Source: a virus | Lineage: Duplodnaviria > Caudoviricetes | Direction: 5' to 3' (one strand) | IMG/VR virus record: IMGVR_UViG_3300044842_000325 | Span: 1-64,000 of that record | DNA length: 64,000 nucleotides | Shown here: piece after piece, positions 1 through 6,555 of the stretch | Position numbering within the stretch: position 1 is the stretch's first letter | Layout of the letters: every line of letters begins with the position of its first letter | Position numbers and translations under genes: made by a program | Notes under the pieces: generated by a model | The model's input: only the letters and a program-made list of their open reading frames with translations | What the model was told of the DNA's origin: nothing | The model's database searches: none

Positions 1-105
1 CTTTTTACGCAGTTTAAATAACCGGGTAAAATCACACGTGACGACCCATACCACAGCCCCAAAGATAATGGCCAGCGCAAGCCATTGATGGGGTTCTAAA
101 TTCAT
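1..105 (-). CDS. Small membrane protein, runs off the window start
   Basis: Manual translation from ATG at 105 gives MNLEPHQWLALAIIFGAVVWVVTCDFTRLFKLRKK: one hydrophobic helix followed by basic residues. It lies downstream of a terminator-like hairpin. Confidence 0.45.
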   Translation of the reverse strand, partial: MNLEPHQWLALAIIFGAVVWVVTCDFTRLFKLRKK

Positions 106-140
106 AAGAGTCCCAACAAAAAAAGAATAGAAAGTAAACC

Positions 141-161
141 CCTCCGCTCAATGAGCGGAGG
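141..161 (-). terminator. Intrinsic terminator hairpin
   Basis: CCTCCGCTCA-A-TGAGCGGAGG, followed on the minus strand by a T-rich tract, just after the stop at 171. Confidence 0.7.
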
Positions 162-170
162 AGGTTATGC

Positions 171-455
171 TCACAAGGGTTGATCCAACACCAAGTGAAA
201 CGTCGGGAGGTCGTAGACCAAGCGGCGATTGTGACCCACGATGTCGATTCGGGTTGGTGCGCAAATCGCTTCGCGTTTCGGCAGGCTTTGATCGATCAGC
301 ATGATTTGCCGAGCGATGATCGGAGCCAGTTTCTTCGGTTGCTTTTGCAACAGCTCCAAATCATCGACCAGAAAGTCACGCTTGAGTTCACCAAACCCAT
401 CGACTTGAAACCATACCGAACCATGTCGCTTGGACATAGGTAGGGATGGATTCAT
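171..455 (-). CDS. Hypothetical protein (start probably at 455 or 437, not 545)
   Basis: Same strand as neighbours; trimming the start removes the overlap with ORF 496..912; followed by a terminator. Confidence 0.5.
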   Translation of the reverse strand: MNPSLPMSKRHGSVWFQVDGFGELKRDFLVDDLELLQKQPKKLAPIIARQIMLIDQSLPKREAICAPTRIDIVGHNRRLVYDLPTFHLVLDQPL

Positions 456-495
456 GGCCACCCGGATCGCCGCTTTCAGCGAACGCTTGAGCGGA

Positions 496-912
496 TCACT
501 GCGCGGAAGGAGCCGCATGATTCTCGCTCGGGCGACGCAGGCCACGGGACACGGGGGTGCGATGTTGGGACTGGTCCCACGGGCGCGGCGTGACCACCGG
601 CTTCGGTTCTTCTTCCCGCGGGCGCAGCACGGGCGCCGGCGTCACGTTCATGACATCGGCGTAGCTACGCAGCTTGTACACCTTGTAGCCTTGACGTTCA
701 GCCTGATCCCAGATGTGGGCCAATACTTCCGGCGTCATCTGGGGCGGGGCGATGCCGACGAACGAGAAACGCACCGGCTCGTTCTTCAGGCGGTGTTGCA
801 CGTGGTCGACGTAGATCGAGCCGTGTTCCGGGAAGTCGTTGGATTCCTTGTGGAACAGGACCTTGGCGTCGATGGTGGTCTTGTTTTTCTTTTTGCTATT
901 GAACGGGAACAT
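496..912 (-). CDS. Hypothetical protein
   Basis: AAGGA RBS upstream of the ATG; part of a run of minus-strand genes. Confidence 0.65.
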   Translation of the reverse strand: MFPFNSKKKNKTTIDAKVLFHKESNDFPEHGSIYVDHVQHRLKNEPVRFSFVGIAPPQMTPEVLAHIWDQAERQGYKVYKLRSYADVMNVTPAPVLRPREEEPKPVVTPRPWDQSQHRTPVSRGLRRPSENHAAPSAQ

Positions 913-942
913 GATGGTTTTCCTTATAAGAAATGTTGTTGG

Positions 943-1332
943 TTATTCAGGTTGGGGCTCAAGAACTGCGCACTGCTTAACGATAATCGTCTCGGCTTCA
1001 GCTTTGGTGATGAAGCGTCGAACGACATGGGGTTGCTGGAGGCCATTGCGAATGGCCGTGTAATAATCGGGGGTGACAAAATCCGTAGCACCCAATGGGA
1101 GCAAATCGAAGATATCCTTCGTCACCACGTACGGACCACCTTTCGGATCATCTACCCAGTTCGGGAAAATAACGCGGCGATACGGTTGTCGAACGATCGC
1201 CAAACTCCCGCGATAGCAGGCGAGTTCAGCTTCGACGACTTCAACGATCGGAGGATGTTCACACGGCAACAACGTTGCACGAGTTCCATCGGTCCGATCA
1301 AAAACGATTGTGTCACGGGTTAAGTTCTTCAT
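943..1332 (-). CDS. Hypothetical protein
   Basis: 129-aa ORF in the minus-strand gene run. Confidence 0.6.
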   Translation of the reverse strand: MKNLTRDTIVFDRTDGTRATLLPCEHPPIVEVVEAELACYRGSLAIVRQPYRRVIFPNWVDDPKGGPYVVTKDIFDLLPLGATDFVTPDYYTAIRNGLQQPHVVRRFITKAEAETIIVKQCAVLEPQPE

Positions 1333-1405
1333 GATTGTTGTTGGTTATTGAAGTGCTACAGGGTCTATAAAGGATGCGTCTCTGGTAAATTTCTTACGGG
1401 TAAGA

Positions 1406-1600
1406 TCACTTACCCATGGATTGCACGACCATCTGCATGCCGACCAAACGGTTCAGGGTCTCTGCGGTTTGACTGGCCAGCTTGGCGGCGTTCTTGAGTT
1501 CTTGCAAGTCTGGCGCACAATCATTCGTGTCCGCCAAGATGTTACTGGCTTGACGCAGGTTATCTTTGGCCTGCAGCACATTACGACGCATGACGCTCAT
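1406..1600 (-). CDS. Small helical hypothetical protein
   Basis: Strong AAGGAG RBS upstream; amphipathic/coiled-coil composition. Confidence 0.6.
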   Translation of the reverse strand: MSVMRRNVLQAKDNLRQASNILADTNDCAPDLQELKNAAKLASQTAETLNRLVGMQMVVQSMGK

Positions 1601-1612
1601 TACTTTCTCCTT

Positions 1613-1972
1613 TTATCTTACACAGAAAATCTTATCCACCTTTTCATTGGGGTGATAACGCACCTGACAGCTCTTGACATCTGGGGGTAATGGATGGATA
1701 CGGATGACCGCGTTTAACTTACCATAACCGCACCATACTGACTTCGGATAGGTATTCGCTATTGCGTACGATTCGACCCATCCGCCACGGATACGTTTAC
1801 GGATGGGCTTTAGAATGCCATGTTCGTTAACCGGGCCTTCCATTACACCAGCGGCATGGAGTGGTACCCCCGCCACTACGAATGGTTCGCAACGCACCTC
1901 GAATTGCTGAGGCGCGGCGATAACCACCCAAGGCCACCACAATAGACCTACGAGTAGCCGCTGCATGGTCAC
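1613..1972 (-). CDS. tai2: Putative periplasmic amidase immunity protein (STY0301/Tai2-like)
   Basis: Sec-type signal peptide (MQRLLVGLLWWPWVVIAA); 4 Cys; pattern PL..AGVMEGP..E.G.L.P...W.C.YG......PLP..VKSC.V.Y; start overlaps the amidase stop (GTGA). Confidence 0.65.
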   Translation of the reverse strand: MTMQRLLVGLLWWPWVVIAAPQQFEVRCEPFVVAGVPLHAAGVMEGPVNEHGILKPIRKRIRGGWVESYAIANTYPKSVWCGYGKLNAVIRIHPLPPDVKSCQVRYHPNEKVDKIFCVR

Positions 1973-2448
1973 GGCCTCACGTGGTTCTTTTGAATCACGT
2001 AGAACGCTTCTAACGTATTCGAGGCATTAGTGTAACCACCGCTGCATGACATCGGGGCACTACCCTGACTACGGATCGGTCGCAGACTGATGACCGGCTT
2101 GGTCGGACCTTTCCACTGGTCGAGCACTTCGATCTCGGTCGGGATACGTTTGCCGTGTGCTGTCGTCCGGTATTTGGTGACGCGAACGAAAATAGCGAAA
2201 TGCTGACCGGTATCACTGTGTTGCGGATAGACACCACACAGGAACGTAGCGATCGCGGTGCCTGGCTTTAACTCGTCCGCCACATCCATCACCCGGTCAC
2301 CCGCCATCCACTTGTACGTGGGGCGATCCTTCAGTTCGGGGATGTGGGTACGGCCCAATGCCACACAGTCACCTGTCCCGGCCTTGGGTTGACCAATCAG
2401 AGATTTGTACTCTTTGTAAATGATGTCGTTACTCGTGTCGTGCGCCAT
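1969..2448 (-). CDS. tae2: T6SS-type peptidoglycan amidase effector (BPSL0067/Tae2 family, NlpC/P60-like Cys-His dyad)
   Basis: Motifs G.GDCVAL (catalytic Cys), W..G..V, PGTAIATF..G.YP, GQHFAIF (catalytic His), IEVLDQW, SN..EAFYVI; no signal peptide; GGAG RBS before ATG 2448. Confidence 0.8.
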   Translation of the reverse strand: MAHDTSNDIIYKEYKSLIGQPKAGTGDCVALGRTHIPELKDRPTYKWMAGDRVMDVADELKPGTAIATFLCGVYPQHSDTGQHFAIFVRVTKYRTTAHGKRIPTEIEVLDQWKGPTKPVISLRPIRSQGSAPMSCSGGYTNASNTLEAFYVIQKNHVRP

Positions 2449-2525
2449 GCTAAACTCCAATAGGTGGTTGAAAAGAAACCGACAACAACTGCTTGGAGAT
2501 AAGATGCTGACTTGTGGTAGGCTCC

Positions 2526-3020
2526 TTAGCGAATGTAGATCAAGATGTAGTCAAGAAAACGCTTCTTGTTGATTCGCTGAATGAGGTTCAACAAGAATTC
2601 TTTATGGGGTCGAACAGCGTGAACTCCGAATCTGTACATTCGACCATGCACGGGATCGATCCGATAAGGTTGGAATGACGCCTTCTCGTAGCATTTCTTT
2701 TGCAGCTCCCGATGGATGGCGTATTCAACCGGATGGTAAAGCTCAGGTACATGGATCGTCTTGACGCCATATTTCTCGGCAAGCTGTTTGACGGTCATGC
2801 CGTTCAGCATGTCTTTGAATGCTTCGATCGCTTGTTCAGCTTTATCGAGACGGTGATTCAGTTCGGTTATCGCTTGAATCGGTTTGGGGGTAGGGGCTTC
2901 CTGTTTAGGGATATACTCGATTTCCATCCGCCCCCCGAGGTAGTGGGCGGCTTCAAGAGCCAGATACATGCCGTCTTGCATTTGTTTCAAGTATTTCTTC
3001 TCGTCTTCTTTACTGAGCAT
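2526..3020 (-). CDS. Putative early DNA-binding protein (coiled coil plus HTH-like, antirepressor-like)
   Basis: AAGGA RBS before ATG 3020; coiled coil followed by MTVKQLAEKYGV; early-promoter-like motif upstream. Confidence 0.45.
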   Translation of the reverse strand: MLSKEDEKKYLKQMQDGMYLALEAAHYLGGRMEIEYIPKQEAPTPKPIQAITELNHRLDKAEQAIEAFKDMLNGMTVKQLAEKYGVKTIHVPELYHPVEYAIHRELQKKCYEKASFQPYRIDPVHGRMYRFGVHAVRPHKEFLLNLIQRINKKRFLDYILIYIR

Positions 3021-3079
3021 AGTGATTTCCTTTTGTTGTTGGTTATATGGCAAGTGCTTATATTCCCCAGCACATAGGT

Positions 3080-3087
3080 GTAATATG
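3080..3087 (-). promoter_or_regulatory. Putative early (virion RNAP) promoter CATATTAC
   Basis: One mismatch to the phiKZ early consensus TATATTAC; about 60 nt upstream of a start codon; AT-rich context. Confidence 0.5.
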
Positions 3088-3214
3088 TGTTTATTTTTAC
3101 GTAGCGCCATTACCTTTTGAGTGAAATGCTCCTGCTTGCCTAGCGGCAAGTAAACTTTCGCTTGCTACTCCATCCAACCACCCTTCCCAATACCCACCCC
3201 TTTGCTCTCTTAAT

Positions 3215-3237
3215 AGCTAGTAGCTTAGCTACTAGCT
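3215..3237. repeat. 23-bp palindrome AGCTAGTAGCT-T-AGCTACTAGCT
   Basis: Two 11-bp perfect inverted arms around a single T, in AT-rich non-coding DNA. Confidence 0.85.
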
Positions 3238-3341
3238 CACATCCTTCTTATTCCCTCTACTGTTAAGCTTCTCTAATCTCTCTGATGTTTATTCAAGAGA
3301 AGAAAGAAGAGAGCCCCTTAGGGCGATCGTTTTAATGACAT

Positions 3342-3381
3342 CATAAGCCCCCTAGGCCCTTGTGGGACCTAGGGAGTTATG
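3342..3381 (-). terminator. Hairpin closing the tail-appendage operon
   Basis: CATAA..CCCTAGG.CCC-TTGT-GGG.CCTAGGG..TTATG, just after the stop at 3397. Confidence 0.6.
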
Positions 3382-3396
3382 CAGCTAGATATTTAA

Positions 3397-6300
3397 TCAA
3401 TCTGGGACTGGCAAGACCAACCCACCTTGGATCTTGATGACCTTCAGGTTATTGCTGTTAATCTTGACAGTCGGTTTACTATTGGCAGTCGCTTCCAAAC
3501 GCACTTTGAAACCACCCGTGACATTCGACAGCTGAACCGCCCACTTCTTACCGAAGATGTTGGCTTTGACCGGCCCGACCGACGCACGGCCATCGGTGAA
3601 GTCGATGAACGCGTTGATGACAGCGTTAGCGTCACCTTGCGTATCTACGACACCATCCAAGCTGATCGTGTTCAGGTCGAACCCGGTTTTAGCGATCGCC
3701 AGTGTCGGCGCGTTGCCTACCGTACTTGCCGCTTCAGCCGCGATGATGCTGGCCGAAATCGGCAGGATGTTGATCGGTGCCCCGCCTGTTTGGGTGAGGT
3801 TTGTACCACCATCGTTGGTGATCCGGATGACCGGAGTTTGGTAGTTACCTGCCGGCACTTTATCCCACTTCACCGTCCAGGACGAACCATTGTTGGTGAG
3901 TGTGATCGGTGTCGGCCCCTGTTGCAGCGCCCCGTTGGGGTTGGTCGAATCCGGCAACAGCGTCGCCGCTCCTGAAATCGGCCCGTTGGTGCAGGTGCCG
4001 TTAACAGTGATGCTTTGCGCGTTGACGTCTTGGCTCGTGATGCTGACTTTCGACAACACCTTCACCACCGACCCTTGGATAGCGCCCGCGTCTGGCACAC
4101 CACCCCGCGACCCGTTGTACAGGTCCGTTGTATCGATCGCGCCCGAAGAAGCAGCACCGATCAATGGACCGTTATCGTCCGGGCGGAAGTCGTTCAACGC
4201 ATTACGCACCATGTTGCCGGTGGTAACGACAGTGATACCTGCTGCCGCTGTTGCCAAGGCTGCATCTGTGAAGTTGTTGAACAGGTTTGCCGCAGTCATC
4301 AGGTTGGTATTGACAACTGGGGTATCACCAAAGCCGAGGAACACGTTGTTACCCACCACCCCCTTCGAGGCCAAACTCAGGCCATTGCCAACGAAGACCG
4401 CGTGACCGGTTGCGCCGTTACGCCGCACGAAGGTATTGCGCAGGATGTTCAACGTACCGTTACCGGAGACAGCATCGCCCGTACCACCATCGAGGAAGAA
4501 CAGGTTGTCCGTCAACAGACACGGCGCGCCATATTCACCCGTCGCGATGCCCGGAATGTTGGTGCTCGGGTTGACCTTGATGCGGTTACGGGATACTTGA
4601 CCGGTCGGCCCATTACCCATCCCTGAAATCGCAAGAGAACCATTTCCGTTGATATTGACCCGGAAACCTTGCATCACTGCGCCGTAACTTAACCGCATAC
4701 CAGCGGAGATGACCAACTCAATACCTTCGGTACCGTAGTCGACTGCTTCACCTTTGTCCAGGTCATTGATGCTATTCCCGGGCACAGGCTGCACGATCAC
4801 CCTGTAGTCGGTCGTCGCGTTCGTGGCGTAAAGATCCGTGACACCACTGACAGCTTGGTTCTCGTACACTTCACCGAGGATCGAGGTCCGGTTGGCGGAC
4901 AGGTCGACACCACGAGCATAGGCTGCAAAGTCTTTCAACGTTGCATAGTCTTTACCCGTACCGATCGACTTCACAATCAGACCGTTCGTGCTCGGGGTAG
5001 GTGTCAACACAATCGGTGGCTTTTCCGTGATCTGCACCGACGTGTTTGCCAAACCGCCATCGTTACTCGTGGTGATGGTTTTCACACCCACCGATGCACC
5101 AACGTACGTGAAGGTGCCTTGCAGAGTGGTATTGTCGAGGGAAATGAATGGCGGATTGAACGAACCGCCAGCACCTCCATCACTCGGAATCACCTTCACA
5201 GGTGCCGTAACAATACCGTCCAGGCTCACCACAAAGTTACCACTCTGTTGACCAGCCCGCGCCGCGGTTGTGGGTGCCACCACATTTACCTTGGTGGCAG
5301 GTACTGCCGAACGATACACCAGCGATGCCGGTAATGTCAGCGCACCGTCGCTTGTCAGCGAAATCGTCACATCCCCAACGTTAGCTGGAGTGTACGTGAA
5401 AGTGGCATTGGGCACATCACCGACGATTTGCAGTGTCTGTGGCGTGAACGTACCACCGGCACCGTTATCGCTCGGCGTGACCGTGATCGCGTTGGCGACC
5501 GAGCCATTGGCACCCACTGTGAAGTTGGTAGAAGGTTGTTGATTACTACCCAATACCGGACCCGTGAGAGTCAACCCCGTAGCGGGAACAGGCAGTTCGT
5601 ATGCACCGATGTCCCACGCCGATTGACGCGGCAGACCGTAGATATCGCTGATCTGATACGTCGCCGACAGGTTGGTACCTTTATCCAGAAGATCACTCCC
5701 AGCCCTGAGACGGAAGTCGTTAACGGTGCTGATAAACTGGTTAGCATACGTCAGGTTCAGCTGGTTATGCGTGCCCGAAGAGCCGCCCGGTGCTTGATTC
5801 CAATCGGTCGCATTGTAGTCCGACGCCGAGAAGCTATTGGGTAGAATGTCACGACCAGTAAAGCCAAACATCGCGCAATTCTTCACTACATTGGTACCGT
5901 AGTTGAAAAGAATCGCACGAGCTGCGTCAGTACCATTGACAAACGTGGAAGGTTTAACAATGGTGCAGTTGATCAACGTGCCGTTGGTCATTTGCACCGC
6001 ATTGCCCACGCCTGCTGCGTTACTGACAATCAGGCTGTCCATGATGGTGCCATTCCCACCCATTGCCCCGGCCGAGCTATTGACGTTGTTGTCCGGTGTG
6101 CCGATCAGGATACAGTTCTTGATCACCGCACCAGTACCGCCGAACGAAAACGCCATCCCGCCCAAACCACTGGCCCAGATTTGGAGACCTTCAACCACGG
6201 TATAGTTGGCGTTAATATTCCACGTCGTGAGGTACGTACCGGCCGTTTTGATACCGACACCGTTGGCGCGGTTGTACCACAACGCGTTGCTAGAGCGGTT

Positions 6301-6543
6301 AGGGTTGGTGGCGAACGATTGACCAGCCGCCGCCCGCAGGGTGATGTTACAGGACGCACTGGTGGTCTTACCCGTAAGCGAGACCTTACCATTGGCGTCC
6401 GTGAACTCTGAGTCGTTGTACAACTCCCCCACGTAGGCGTTACCGGATGCAACCACGTCAGTCGGAATGGAATCGATGAACGCCTGCACAGTCGCATAAT
6501 CGCGCCCAGCAGCCGTACCAATACTCTTAACAATAGTTGCCAT
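3397..6543 (-). CDS. Module protein A1: two parallel beta-helix (pectin-lyase-like) domains plus Ig-like domains; putative receptor-binding/appendage protein
   Basis: Internal repeat of the KSIGT..DYAT cap; NxxI/NCTI beta-helix rungs; DFRL.AGS.L.D.G...DIGAYE closure; Thr/Val/Gly-rich Ig repeats (VTPSDNGAGGTFTP); paralog of 9351..12515. Confidence 0.7.
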   Translation of the reverse strand: MATIVKSIGTAAGRDYATVQAFIDSIPTDVVASGNAYVGELYNDSEFTDANGKVSLTGKTTSASCNITLRAAAGQSFATNPNRSSNALWYNRANGVGIKTAGTYLTTWNINANYTVVEGLQIWASGLGGMAFSFGGTGAVIKNCILIGTPDNNVNSSAGAMGGNGTIMDSLIVSNAAGVGNAVQMTNGTLINCTIVKPSTFVNGTDAARAILFNYGTNVVKNCAMFGFTGRDILPNSFSASDYNATDWNQAPGGSSGTHNQLNLTYANQFISTVNDFRLRAGSDLLDKGTNLSATYQISDIYGLPRQSAWDIGAYELPVPATGLTLTGPVLGSNQQPSTNFTVGANGSVANAITVTPSDNGAGGTFTPQTLQIVGDVPNATFTYTPANVGDVTISLTSDGALTLPASLVYRSAVPATKVNVVAPTTAARAGQQSGNFVVSLDGIVTAPVKVIPSDGGAGGSFNPPFISLDNTTLQGTFTYVGASVGVKTITTSNDGGLANTSVQITEKPPIVLTPTPSTNGLIVKSIGTGKDYATLKDFAAYARGVDLSANRTSILGEVYENQAVSGVTDLYATNATTDYRVIVQPVPGNSINDLDKGEAVDYGTEGIELVISAGMRLSYGAVMQGFRVNINGNGSLAISGMGNGPTGQVSRNRIKVNPSTNIPGIATGEYGAPCLLTDNLFFLDGGTGDAVSGNGTLNILRNTFVRRNGATGHAVFVGNGLSLASKGVVGNNVFLGFGDTPVVNTNLMTAANLFNNFTDAALATAAAGITVVTTGNMVRNALNDFRPDDNGPLIGAASSGAIDTTDLYNGSRGGVPDAGAIQGSVVKVLSKVSITSQDVNAQSITVNGTCTNGPISGAATLLPDSTNPNGALQQGPTPITLTNNGSSWTVKWDKVPAGNYQTPVIRITNDGGTNLTQTGGAPINILPISASIIAAEAASTVGNAPTLAIAKTGFDLNTISLDGVVDTQGDANAVINAFIDFTDGRASVGPVKANIFGKKWAVQLSNVTGGFKVRLEATANSKPTVKINSNNLKVIKIQGGLVLPVPD

Positions 6544-6555
6544 GTTGTATTACCT

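Noticed and set aside
430-1323. 297-aa plus-strand ORF
   Set aside because: Spans three minus-strand genes in antisense; no recognisable motifs
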